Positions 37,550-50,950 are shown, numbered from the whole stretch's first letter. The stretch is 63,934 nt of DNA, filler included, from Octopus bimaculoides (GCF_001194135.2; 5 parts of 4 records of this genome joined end to end with filler, not necessarily neighbours in it); one strand, 5' to 3'. Notes: generated by a model not told the origin, from the letters alone. Translations and numbers: made by a program.

Positions 37550-37745
37550 CTTTGCATGCCCCCACTCACTCACTATTCTTGGTCATCATCAGAGATGCAC
37601 ATATTGTCATCCACTAAGGATAAGCAAATCTGATAAGCAACTGACAAGCAAATCTGATAAGCAACTGACAAGCAAATCTGTGGTGTTGAACAGAATATTT
37701 GCCATAATGCTATTTCTGCTTCAGCAACTCAGTGCTTAATCCGTC
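37550..37745 (-). mobile_element. Repeat family F fragment with an internal 24-bp tandem duplication
   Basis: Reverse reads cccttagtggatgacaatatgtgcatctctgatgatgacc, matching 61795; tgataagcaactgacaagcaaatc occurs twice at 37631-37678. Confidence 0.6.
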
Positions 37746-37962
37746 TGAAGTGTGACGGAAAATAGGTCAGTTTCAAAACATTGATGTCCAGGTCACAAAA
37801 GCAAAGTTTGAAGGGAATAGTAGTCGTTTCCTTTGATTTCTAGATAGAAGCAAAAGGAGGAAATAACACTTACTGACTAAAGACAAAAGAAAAAAAGAAC
37901 TTTTAATTTTGTTCTATTGTGTAATGAGATATGAACATTAAGTCTGATTATAAGAGTCTCTG

Positions 37963-38095
37963 AACCACATGGTTCCGGGTTCAGTCCCACTGCGTGGCAC
38001 CTTGGGCAAGTGTCTTCTACTATAGCCTTGGGCCGACCAAAGCCTTGTGAGTGGATTTGGTAGAGGGAAACTGAAAGAAGCCTGTCGTATATATG

Positions 38096-38146
<51 letters not shown>
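37963..38146 (+). mobile_element. SINE family A head plus (TA)n(TG)n
   Basis: aaccacatggttccgggttcagtcccactgcgtggcaccttgggcaag...gaaagaagcctgtcgtata. Confidence 0.85.
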
Positions 38147-38246
38147 NNNNNNNNNNNNNNNNNNNNNNNNNNNNNNNNNNNNNNNNNNNNTTAATTAATT
38201 AANNNNNNNNNNNNNNNNNNNNNNNNNNNNNNNNNNNNNNNNNNNN
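38147..38246. other. Artificial 100-bp assembly spacer N44-TTAATTAATTAA-N44
   Basis: Same structure as 20591-20690. Confidence 0.95.
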
Positions 38247-38289
<43 letters not shown>

Positions 38290-38384
38290 TATATATATAT
38301 ACATACATACACACACACATACATGCACATGTATACACAATTATATACACACACACATATATATATATATACACGCACTTATAC

Positions 38385-39895
38385 ATCCAAACAAGACCAT
38401 AAGATAGACCTTTGGAATAGCCCTAAATTACGCCTAATTTGTCCATCCAAATCTGATATTGGTATTCTTAGTAAAAATATACTTGACAAATGCATACCTA
38501 CCTTAGTCAATAAATTAAAACTTAGTTTATGGTCCTATTCTTCGCAGGTAGTTGAATCGTATCGTAACATTAATAACAAACATAACGCCAAATTTATCCA
38601 GTTTGGCATATCTAACTTTTATTCATCAATTAACCCCATTATTTTAAATAAAACACTTTGGTTTGCTCACAAGAAGGCGGGTATGCCTAGAGAGGAATTT
38701 AAAGTTATTAAAGCAGCAAGAAATTCTATAATTAAGTTCAATAAAAAAACTATGGATACGTAAGAACACCCCAGAAGGATTTGATGTCCCTATGGGAAGT
38801 TCCGATTCAGCACAAGTAGCTGATTTAGTTTGCCCATACATTCTTTATGAATTAGAAGACCAATTCCCAAATGTTAAGGGTAATCTATACAGAGACGATT
38901 GTTTATTATACTTAGAGAACACCACTAATCAAAAAATACAAAAAGTTAAAAATAGATTAGCTAGGTTTTTTTAGTAGAATGAGCTTTAGTATAGTATTTG
39001 AAGATGAAGCATCTATAGATAATTTCTTGGAAGTCACTCTAGATCTACATACTAAAACATTTTTCCCTTATCACAAACCCTCCACTAACCTAAAATATAT
39101 CAGTAAATCCAGCAATCATCCAAATTCAGTAACGAGAAATTTAGTTAAAAAATATCTCACTTAGACTATCCAATTTATCTACGAACGAAAACATCTTCAA
39201 TAAGGAGGCGGAGTTTTACATTTTAGCTTTATTAAAAGCAGGTGACAGAGAAAAGGTTAATTATATATATTCTACTTACGAAACCGATTTGAGTAATAAT
39301 AGCAATAATAATAATGGCAATAGTAATAATGACATAGTTTTTAATTTAAACAATAACAAAAAATACAATTATAACTTCCATCATAAATCCTGTAACGATA
39401 ATAACCAGCTTAACATTTTTTCACGAAATAGGGGAAATAACCGTCAGATTAAACCCTGTCTCAATGATAATAATAAACTGAGACTTTTTTTATTAATAAT
39501 ATTGGCAAATATTCTAAACCAGAACCTAATAAAAATGTCTGGGTAATTATTCCTTTTAGCAAAAGTGTAAAATCAAACTTGGTATCCCAGTTCCAAAACG
39601 CTATAAATAAGAACTTTCCAAAACATTCTCATTACTCCCAAGTCATAAACACACACAGGGTTAGATTCGGTTTCTTGAACATGAGGAACATTTCACAGAT
39701 AATATCTGCACACAATATGAGGCTTTTACATCCACTAGAGAGTTCTAACAGTAATAACATTGAGCCAGGCATTATTAACACTTACCAAAATAACAATAAT
39801 GACACTAATAATAATATAGGGAACAATAATAATAACACGATACATAATAGTTATATTCACAACAACAAAATCATTATTTCTGAAGTTAATAACAN
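38385..39895 (+). mobile_element. Penelope-like element RT pseudogene (Nematis-like by inference), cut by a gap
   Basis: KQDHK..NSPKLRLICPSKSDIGILSKNILD; KFIQFGISNFYSSI; FDVPMGSSDSAQVADLV; LYRDDCL; NFLEVTLDL..PYHKP..SNHP; INKNFPK..NISQIISAHN. Several frameshifts. Confidence 0.9.
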
Positions 39896-42800
39896 NNNNN
39901 NNNNNNNNNNNNNNNNNNNNNNNNNNNNNNNNNNNNNNNNNNNNNNNNNNNNNNNNNNNNNNNNNNNNNNNNNNNNNNNNNNNNNNNNNNNNNNNNNNNN
40001 NNNNNNNNNNNNNNNNNNNNNNNNNNNNNNNNNNNNNNNNNNNNNNNNNNNNNNNNNNNNNNNNNNNNNNNNNNNNNNNNNNNNNNNNNNNNNNNNNNNN
40101 NNNNNNNNNNNNNNNNNNNNNNNNNNNNNNNNNNNNNNNNNNNNNNNNNNNNNNNNNNNNNNNNNNNNNNNNNNNNNNNNNNNNNNNNNNNNNNNNNNNN
40201 NNNNNNNNNNNNNNNNNNNNNNNNNNNNNNNNNNNNNNNNNNNNNNNNNNNNNNNNNNNNNNNNNNNNNNNNNNNNNNNNNNNNNNNNNNNNNNNNNNNN
40301 NNNNNNNNNNNNNNNNNNNNNNNNNNNNNNNNNNNNNNNNNNNNNNNNNNNNNNNNNNNNNNNNNNNNNNNNNNNNNNNNNNNNNNNNNNNNNNNNNNNN
40401 NNNNNNNNNNNNNNNNNNNNNNNNNNNNNNNNNNNNNNNNNNNNNNNNNNNNNNNNNNNNNNNNNNNNNNNNNNNNNNNNNNNNNNNNNNNNNNNNNNNN
40501 NNNNNNNNNNNNNNNNNNNNNNNNNNNNNNNNNNNNNNNNNNNNNNNNNNNNNNNNNNNNNNNNNNNNNNNNNNNNNNNNNNNNNNNNNNNNNNNNNNNN
40601 NNNNNNNNNNNNNNNNNNNNNNNNNNNNNNNNNNNNNNNNNNNNNNNNNNNNNNNNNNNNNNNNNNNNNNNNNNNNNNNNNNNNNNNNNNNNNNNNNNNN
40701 NNNNNNNNNNNNNNNNNNNNNNNNNNNNNNNNNNNNNNNNNNNNNNNNNNNNNNNNNNNNNNNNNNNNNNNNNNNTATATATATATATATATATATGTAT
40801 AGATAGATTTATATGCATATACATACTTATATATATATATACTTACATATAAATAAATACATATATATTCATATATATATACATGATATATATGTGTGTG
40901 CATATAGTTATATATAATTCGGTATAGTAGATGTAAACAAGTTATACCGCTAGATGAAATAATACTTGGTAAGCGGAACTGTATATTTTGTGCATAAACG
41001 ATAATAGCGAGATAATCATTCACGTCTTCATCGATTAAATTATTGATAACTGGGTGAACAATGAAGTGAGTTTTGTCAAATTGCCTCAACATCTGAAAGT
41101 AAATGAATTGAAGTAAGGTCAGAAGGTACGTATCCCTATAAACGAGAATAAAATCAATATAATCAAGAAGTTTTTTTTTTTAAATCCTGAGAGGTTGATC
41201 ATTTATCAGTGAGATAAATGTGATCAATAAGTGAAAGGTTATACACAAAATATGTGAAATGTCATCGATAAAATAAAGAAAGGTTCTTTCGTTTATAGTG
41301 TTTGTACTGATCTAAAGAAGAATGAGTGGTCAACATGCTATGTCTGATAAATTGAGATTATTGAAGAGATGAATAGATCACGTGAGTCAAAGCAGATTGA
41401 CTACCCCCAAATTGATAGCCTCATCATAAAAGTAAAGTTTACAAAGCTGTTAGCCATAATGATTATAGTAATTCATTGTAAACTTCGCTTCAGAGGAATG
41501 CTAACTTGATAAAAAAAAAATATGTCAAACAAAAATTAATCACAATCTTAAATTTTGAGTCAATATTTAATTTGTTTCTTAGTAAATTTTACAATATAAA
41601 CCTGAAGATATATGCTTCAAATGTGTTCATGGTTTCTTGGTTTTACCAAAAACTTGACTTAACAGCTAAAGTTGAAAGGTTATAGTAATAAATAACAAAG
41701 AAAAATATCGATTTAAACAGGCTTCGGCACGGCAAATAGAAAATGATTATGTTTTCAAGAAGACGGGTTTATCCTTATGAAATATCGATCAAAGTTCGAA
41801 TGAGAAACTGTTTGATTGACCTTATTATTTTAACAATAGAATTAGTTCTCGACAGCGCACATTGTTGTAATTGTCCAATATGTATGTAGTACCATCTAGC
41901 TATACTAAAATATTTATTAATAAAAGGTTTGAATAAATATTAAAGATTAAGGTAATGCATATACATGTACTCCGACCTCTTTTCAATATATACATACATA
42001 TATATATACATATACTTGCGTATGTGTATGTAACCACACACCCACACATATAGTTATGTACCTATATAGGTGTATGTAAGTGTATATGTGAGTGCGTATG
42101 TGCGGGCGTTTTATCCGCTGGTGTCTTTGAAGCATCGGTAGGATATGCACCCTTTGTTTATAGTAGAAATTAAAATATATATTGAGCCATTGAACAAAGG
42201 TAGTGGTATATAAATCAACAGAAATTAACTCAAACAATAGAACCGCCAATTTAGTCCTTTATTTACGACGCAACTCCGACTGAAACTTTGGCAATAATCG
42301 GTATCTTTTACATCTTTCATAAAATCTAGTTTCTATGGTGTATTTTAGATATATTTTCTATTAATTCACGCTTCTTTGTTTATTTAATAGCCAACTTTTG
42401 CTTTATTAGCGTCTTTATTTCTTTATTTCTCATATTTTTTTTTTCTTTTTGTAATGATTAATTTATTTATTTCTTTATTGATGTTTTTAAATCTACCATA
42501 TCATGTGAATTTTCAAAATTATTCCCAATATAATATATCGAACAGAGTAAGGTATATAACAAAATTCACCTAAAAACACTTACTAAAAATTTGGTAAAGA
42601 GAAAAATGAAAGAATCAGCAGGAGAGTGATAGAGAGTAAGTAAAATGAAAAGAGAGTTATAGAGAAAATATGTACTTTTCCTTTTCCTATATTTAAAAGT
42701 AGAAATCAATTTCATGCATTGCTAAACATTTGCTGGAGTCGATTAAGGTACTTCGTTGCTCTATATAAGGCTTGCGATTGTCCGGTAAAAGAAAAGTAAC

Positions 42801-43070
42801 GTTTACGGAAATAGATTTCATTTGGCTGACAAGAGAAAATCACATTGAAATAAATTGGACATATTTCGGATATTTTCTACGCAAAATGAATATAATGTAG
42901 GCAAGGTGTTTCTGTTAAATTCAGCAGAGTAATTACATATTCGATTGCACGAATAGTTTTCCTAATGCCTAAATTAACTTTCATATTTAGGAAGAGGTAT
43001 TCCAACACACACACACAGAAATATAAAAACATATTGAAATACATACATATATACATACAAACGCACATAT

Positions 43071-43125
<55 letters not shown>

Positions 43126-43937
43126 GATGAATATGTTTTGCATGTATGTGTACGTACGAGTTGTTACAAGCGCATTGTATGTATATTATATACACGTATA
43201 TATAAATACATACATATATATATTTATATATATACATGTATATATNNNNNNNNNNNNNNNNNNNNNNNNNNNNNNNNNNNNNNNNNNNNNNNNNNNNNNN
43301 NNNNNNNNNNNNNNNNNNNNNNNNNNNNNNNNNNNNNNNNNNNNNNNNNNNNNNNNNNNNNNNNNNNNNNNNNNNNNNNNNNNNNNNNNNNNNNNNNNNN
43401 NNNNNNNNNNNNNNNNNNNNNNNNNNNNNNNNNNNNNNNNNNNNNNNNNNNNNNNNNNNNNNNNNNNNNNNNNNNNNNNNNNNNNNNNNNNNNNNNNNNN
43501 NNNNNNNNNNNNNNNNNNNNNNNNNNNNNNNNNNNNNNNNNNNNNNNNNNNNNNNNNNNNNNNNNNNNNNNNNNNNNNNNNNNNNNNNNNNNNNNNNNNN
43601 NNNNNNNNNNNNNNNNNNNNNNNNNNNNNNNNNNNNNNNNNNNNNNNNNNNNNNNNNNNNNNNNNNNNNNNNNNNNNNNNNNNNNNNNNNNNNNNNNNNN
43701 NNNNNNNNNNNNNNNNNNNNNNNNNNNNNNNNNNNNNNNNNNNNNNNNNNNNNNNNNNNNNNNNNNNNNNNNNNNNNNNNNNNNNNNNNNNNNNNNNNNN
43801 NNNNNNNNNNNNNNNNNNNNNNNNNNNNNNNNNNNNNNNNNNNNNNNNNNNNNNNNNNNNNNNNNNNNNNNNNNNNNNNNNNNNNNNNNNNNNNNNNNNN
43901 NNNNNNNNNNNNNNNNNNNNNNNNNNNNNNNNNNNNN

Positions 43938-43968
<31 letters not shown>

Positions 43969-43984
43969 CCCAAATATATATGAA

Positions 43985-44795
43985 AGTCTCAGTGTTGCGA
44001 GTTTAGAGAATTTAGACTTGGTCGCTATTTTCTTATGAAATGTATTTCCTTGCTGATGCGCTCATTTTGGTTAGCATTGTCTTTGAATTTGTATAGTGGA
44101 AACGTTGTAAATTTGGGAAATTCGTTGTAGGCAGATTCGTCGATGTGCTGGCTGAGGGGTATTTTCCTGTTTTCTGGGATCCTAATTTGGGATTGTACCG
44201 CCATCATCTGACGTACGCTGTTTTTAGTATGTCCAATATATTGCCGTTTGCATCCAGAGCATGTAATTAGGTAGATCAAGTTTTCCGATGCACGTGTAAA
44301 ATTAGTTTTTACTGTGAAATTATGACCTTGTTCTAATCAATGTTCTGATCCTTCTATTACGTTGACACAAATCCCATAGTTGGGTCTCCCGCATTGTTTT
44401 ACTGTTGGTTTAGTGGTTATTGTTGAGTGTAATTTGGCCTGGGTTAAAATCTTTTTCATTGATCTTGGTCGCCTCTTACTTTTGATGATTGTACATGTTT
44501 TGAGGATTTGGTTCATCTTCGTGTCCTTCTTGAGCAGAGCTATGCTGTGGAGTATATTATAGAAGGCCACATTTTTATGTGGGTTGTGTGTGGAGATGTA
44601 AGGCAGCGTTTTTTTTTTTTTCTTCCTTCTTGGGTCTGAGTTGTCTAAGTTCTTGTGCATTTAATTTAAGTACTCTTTGGATCATATTTTCGATTAAGGG
44701 CTGTGGATAATTTCTATTTATGAGTGTGGTTTTCAATTCCTAGAGTCGTGTATAACGGGTGGCTGCATCTGATACTATAGTGCATATTCTTTTGG
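43985..44795 (-). mobile_element. Penelope-like element 3' part with GIY-YIG (Neptune-like by inference), pseudogenised
   Basis: SLAKRICTIVSD..RNYPQPLIENMI; LPYISTHNP; KQCGRPNYGICV; LIYLITCSGCKRQYIGHTKNSVRQMM..SQHID..KEIHFIRK. Confidence 0.9.
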
Positions 44796-44868
44796 CTAAA
44801 GATTATATATCTATATCTATATATATATGTGGGGGGGTGCGTGTGGGGGTGTATGTGTGTGTGTATGT

Positions 44869-44919
<51 letters not shown>

Positions 44920-45086
44920 TGTGTGTGTACACATACGTGTATATGTGTAATTATATATGTGTTTGGCCCCTCCATCACCGCTTGGCAACCGATGTTGGTC
45001 TGTTTACCTCTCCAGTAAAAATCGATATACATTGATTTAAGTATGCATATTCATATAGTATTCCGTAAGGTGATATATGGATACAG

Positions 45087-45303
45087 AAAGGCGGTGAACT
45101 GAAACTTTAGCACGCCGGTCGAAATGCTTAGCAGTATTTCGTTTGTCTTTACGTTCTGATTTCAAATTCTGCCGAGGTCGACTTCGCTTTTCATCCTTTC
45201 GAGGTCGATAAATCAAGAACCGGTTGCTTATTGGAGTCGATCTAATCGACTGGCCCGGTCCCCCCCCCCAAACTTTCGGGCCTTGTGCCCAGAGTAGAAA
45301 AGG
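45087..45303 (+). mobile_element. SINE family B, sense orientation
   Basis: aaggcggtgaact...gttctgatttcaaattctgccgaggtcgacttcgcttttcatcctttcgaggtcgataaa...ggccttgtgccc. Confidence 0.85.
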
Positions 45304-47579
45304 ATATATAGATATAGATATGCAGTTCCATCGAAACAGTTTTTCGTATTAATAAACGTTTTAATACAGAAACACTAACCAAAGATGGGCCTTGTGTCTA
45401 AAATCTATCTGAGCAAGCGAAGTATCGTGGTATATATTCCAATCTTTGATCGCAAAACATATTATTGTTCATATCTCTGTTTATATTTTCAAATGACAAT
45501 CCTAGACTATATTTGTCATACAGAGGGTGAAATCAATTGATATTCAACTATACATTCATTACGTGCATTCCACGCAAAGTAAGCCAGATTCTCCTATATT
45601 CACTGCATTGCCCGTATGTATCTTAATAGTGACTTACTGGTGGTTTGGGAGCGATGGCTCCGATTATAGCAAGTGGTATTTAAATACCCTGCTGATTCTA
45701 AATTTAGTTTATATTTTGCCTGTAAAGTCGTAGACTTGCTAGCCACCTTTTTATTATCATTCAACACGTCTAGTACTTCAAAAGGCTTTGTACAAAAATT
45801 GTGCGTCGCACCATCTTCATTAATACGTTGTTTTCCAACTGGATGAATTTGATAAAGTTACTAGTGAGCTTGATATTACCTGGATCAATAATCTTCTAGC
45901 AATAGACAAATATTTTATAAAATGACCCCAAAAATAAATAGAGTAGACATCAATNNNNNNNNNNNNNNNNNNNNNNNNNNNNNNNNNNNNNNNNNNNNNN
46001 NNNNNNNNNNNNNNNNNNNNNNNNNNNNNNNNNNNNNNNNNNNNNNNNNNNNNNNNNNNNNNNNNNNNNNNNNNNNNNNNNNNNNNNNNNNNNNNNNNNN
46101 NNNNNNNNNNNNNNNNNNNNNNNNNNNNNNNNNNNNNNNNNNNNNNNNNNNNNNNNNNNNNNNNNNNNNNNNNNNNNNNNNNNNNNNNNNNNNNNNNNNN
46201 NNNNNNNNNNNNNNNNNNNNNNNNNNNNNNNNNNNNNNNNNNNNNNNNNNNNNNNNNNNNNNNNNNNNNNNNNNNNNNNNNNNNNNNNNNNNNNNNNNNN
46301 NNNNNNNNNNNNNNNNNNNNNNNNNNNNNNNNNNNNNNNNNNNNNNNNNNNNNNNNNNNNNNNNNNNNNNNNNNNNNNNNNNNNNNNNNNNNNNNNNNNN
46401 NNNNNNNNNNNNNNNNNNNNNNNNNNNNNTATATATATATATATATATGATGGATAGTGTGTCTTGGAATGATGTAGATTAGCGTGTATATCCTACACAT
46501 AAAAACAGAATCAGAAAATATTTCTTCCGTTTGTACGACCTTATTACAAGTTCACTTTCTCTATCAATAACAGGAAATTACTAAACGCCTTTCATCGTAA
46601 AAACATCTCTATTTATTAGGAGAAAGTTTACTTTGTCAATTGTCAGGTTATCAAAAAATATAGCAATCCTATTTTACGCTAATAGGACTTGGGATGTTCT
46701 TCAAAAGCATCTAAATTAGAAGCGCATTAAGAGAGAGACATAGCGGGAGTGCACATAAGTGATATAGGATTTTAGTCAACATCACATATATGGGTGTGCG
46801 TATGTGTATGCATGAGTGTGAATGTATGTATGTGTATGCATATATATACATATACACACACATATAAACATACGTATATATTATATATACATGTATGCAC
46901 ATGACCAACCAAATGGTTCCAAGTTCAATTTCACTCCGTGGGACCTTGAGCTCCATAGCAACTAGATTATCAAAGGCCATGGCAGCGCACTTTGCACTGG
47001 CGGATGAGGCACTGTCTAATACGTTGAACATTTGTCAGAACACAGTCCATTGATATCCACACACATAGATTCTTCAGGATTAAATATCCATTTTGTGAAA
47101 AGAACTGTGGATATTAGATTGTATAAAATAAAACACTGCAAGGCAAAGCAGAATACACTGGATGGTGTGAATTGAAATCATTCTAATAATGGATAAGGCA
47201 ATTGTTAGGGAAATAATAGCACAAAAATGAAATCGCTTACTTTTTTTTTTTAAGTTATATATTTCAATCACTAAACTACCTCAATGACAACTCCTTGAAG
47301 TGTTTAGCCAAGCAAATCGATGTGTTTCTAAAGCCGGCACCTTATTTTATCGGCCCCTTTTGCCCAAACACTAAACGACGAGGAGTTTAAGAAAACAATA
47401 CCAGTTGTCACGGAGGTAGGGACACGGACATAGTGGCACATTCAATAGATATATGGACATACAAACAAAAGAACACAATACATATACATGTATATATCGT
47501 GTGTGTATATACATACATACATATATATACGAAGACAACAGGCAAAAGGAGGAAGAAATGACACGTAGACCATGCGTTG

Positions 47580-48343
47580 CGTAGTGAAACTAACTTTTTT
47601 TCTTAGGAAAACAATACATCATCATCATCAAAATAAAACATTGCATAACAATTCAAATAGCATTTAACAAAGGTTTCAGAACATTGCATAATCAAAGTTT
47701 ACAATCAAGAGTTCGTATATCAAGTCAATTAAAAGTTCTTCTACTTCTTTGTTTTTCTTTTCTTTGAACAACATGTCACAAAGTTCTTTCTTTTCTTTTC
47801 TTTTCAGTTAACATCACAGTTAACGAAAGTAAACGAAGTTCTTTTCTTTTCTTTTCCACCAGTTAACAAAATCTCTTTTTCTTTTAAAACATGTAACAAA
47901 GTTCTCTCTTTAAAGAATATTTACACAAACCTTTACCGCAAGAATGTCCTTTCCTTCAAAGCTCCCACTACAATCCAAGAAGTCACCAACTACAATCTTT
48001 TGCCTGCCACAACAGTTCCATCTCTCTGTCCCTCTCTCTCAGACTCTATGCATTTCTGCTGAGTCGTATCTGCTGACCAATAGGCTCTCTCTCTCGGCCT
48101 CTCTCTGTCAGACTTATCACTGTTCATCTTCACTGGCTCTCGTTCTTCATCCAACTGCCGTCCACCAACTCTGTACGCCAACTGCTCGCGCCAATTCCTC
48201 CGTCCCCAAATCTCGCTGTCGTATTTATCACAAATACCATAGCTCAATAGTGCTACCTTACTCCCTCCAAAGCTGGGTCAGTTCAGTACAATTCCTCACT
48301 TGTTTTTCTGAACTTTCGATGACCGGAAAGAGTCATCGATCAC
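47580..48343. mobile_element. Possible solo LTR or other long interspersed repeat
   Basis: (c/t)gtagtgaaac...tcgatcaca ends with internal aaagttcttttcttttc repeats; no target-site duplication seen. Confidence 0.3.
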
Positions 48344-49267
48344 ACCTAGGGTAAACATAGCTGTGCTTGTTGACAGGACAAAGAAATACCATTGTCCTCA
48401 ACAACCAGAATACGGTTTCAAACCCAGCTCGGGGAATAGGGACCTAACGTTATTTTGTTTGTTTGTCGGCGTCCGTATGAATATATNNNNNNNNNNNNNN
48501 NNNNNNNNNNNNNNNNNNNNNNNNNNNNNNNNNNNNNNNNNNNNNNNNNNNNNNNNNNNNNNNNNNNNNNNNNNNNNNNNNNNNNNNNNNNNNNNNNNNN
48601 NNNNNNNNNNNNNNNNNNNNNNNNNNNNNNNNNNNNNNNNNNNNNNNNNNNNNNNNNNNNNNNNNNNNNNNNNNNNNNNNNNNNNNNNNNNNNNNTATAT
48701 ATCCTAGAGTGGGTACCAGAAAAAGGCATATAATGCCCATTTGCATGTATGTTAGGCTCATTATTCCAGTTTGTCATTCAGAATGTAGTTTAAATAGATC
48801 TGTATAGATTACTGTTAGTTATACAGCATTTCCAGTGAAATAATTTTCGATTGGACGGTGTATATATGCATGAATTCTGTATGTATATGTACACAAATAT
48901 ACACATATATTTACATAAATATATACACATATATATGTATGTGTTCCTGTGTACTTAGATATGCACTTATATACACGCATACACACACAAATACACTCAA
49001 ACCTACACACACATATGTGTATGCATTGGTTTGTGTGTTTGATTGCATGCTCATGTAAGCTTATACCCCAAGCAGAGCGTTTAAAGAAAAAAAAATACTG
49101 AATTAATTAGGCATTGTTTAGAAGACAATTGACAATTAGAAGAATCGTTGTGAATATGGATTACAGAAAACGTCATTATTGAAATGGAAGCAACATGCCA
49201 GTACAATTATATAACTATGCCGTCTATCTTCTATTGCACTGAATTAATACAATATAACAATTACGAG

Positions 49268-49332
<65 letters not shown>

Positions 49333-49510
49333 TGTGTGCACGCGTTTGAGAGAGTTTTTTTTTTGTTTGTGCTTCTCTGTGTGTCTGTCGTATGTGTGTG
49401 TGTATACCTTAAAACATATGTGTTTCAAAATAAGTTGAAGTGTGATTACAGATGATTACATGAATCTACTGACGCTGAGGCAAGCAACCTGGCGCGCACT
49501 CATAAGTCTA

Positions 49511-50390
49511 TGTATAGTCTGACCAATAAGTATCCGGACTGTTGGTATAATAACGAAGCTGAATCACGCAGAGTAATTCCGCTCGGCACAAATTAACCAT
49601 GAACTTTGCCGTGCATGTGCACTAAGCCTATACATTCTAGATCACTGCCGCTTTTTACAGCAGTCCTTGGAATGAAGTTGTGTAACGTCTGATGGTCGCA
49701 TTGAATATGACGGAGAAAGCTGAGCAGAGAATCTACATCAAATTTTGCCAAAAGCTTGGCGATAACTTATCAGAGGCCTACGGAAAGTTCGCGACACAAT
49801 CAAGGTGACCTTGTGCTACTGTAATCAGAGTAGAGTATACTTTTGGTCAGCTGAAAGCCGTTTCGGCACACATTTGGCAGACATGCGTCTCATACCTAAA
49901 TCTTCAGTGACGATGGACTGAACTGAACTGTAACTAATCTGCACATCCTCTGATAACTCACGGATGGTGATTCGACGATTTCCTCTCACAGCTGCACGCA
50001 CATCTGCAACGTTTTCTCAGTTCTGCTGGTTGCGGCTCTCCCAGACTGTTCGTCAATATCGACCATTTTTCGGCCATTTTGTAAACGTCTAAACCACTGG
50101 TACACTTGTGCGCAGCTCATACATTCCCTCCATACACTTTCTTCAAATTTGTGTAGGCTTCTGATCAGGTATCACAATGACAACTTTCTGTTATGGTCAA
50201 TGTGACGATCACAAGTTAAATATCTTCCTTCCAAGCACTGTAATAAACGTCGGAAGTGAGTTAGAATCTTAAAACTTAGAGCGCATGTGCAACAGAGTTC
50301 ACGATCCATCTCTATCAAGCAGCTTCAATCTATGTTCTTTAGCTTCGTTACTGTGGCAACAATCAGGATCCTTATTGATCAGATTTCATT
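49511..50390 (-). mobile_element. Non-autonomous mariner derivative with inverted 5' ends (copy 2, both arms)
   Basis: Left arm gtctgaccaataagtatccggact..., right arm ...atccttattgatcaga; the internal transposase fragment is the reverse complement of 10340-10740. Confidence 0.85.
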
Positions 50391-50601
50391 GTTTACGAGA
50401 ATTCTTCTGTTTTGTGAAGCATATCCTGTTTTTTTTTCAATTGCATGCATATATATGTATGCGTGTGTGTGTGTTGTTTGTCGAAACTTTATAGTGGTGC
50501 ACCGGCATAATGGCAGCTGCATGGGTCTAAAACGAATAAAACAATCTATATGTGTGTGAGTTTATGTGTGCACGCGCGCTGGTGTGTGTCTGTCTGAGTG
50601 A

Positions 50602-50635
<34 letters not shown>

Positions 50636-50650
50636 TTGTGTATATGTTTA

Positions 50651-50681
<31 letters not shown>

Positions 50682-50784
50682 NNNNNNNNNNNNNNNNNNN
50701 NNNNNNNNNNNNNNNNNNNNNNNNNNNNNNNNNNNNNNNNNNNNNNNNNNNNNNNNNNNNNNNNNNNNNNNNNNNNNNATATAT

Positions 50785-50950
50785 GGGAGAATGTACGAAA
50801 AAAAAAACAACAACAGACGAGGACAGGTGGTGTAAACAACAAAAGGATGTATTAGTATGACGCTCGGGAATATGGAAGGTCTTTAACGTTTCGAGCTACG
50901 TTTTTCAACAGAAAGAATACGGAGAAAACAAGGAGAAAAACCTACAGATA
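50785..50950 (-). mobile_element. PLE-terminus-like element (family of 23561) next to (TA)n; hammerhead fold at 50880-50916 with broken stem II
   Basis: Reverse UCUUU CUGUUGA A AAA CGUAG CUC GAAA CGU U AAAGA. Confidence 0.8.
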
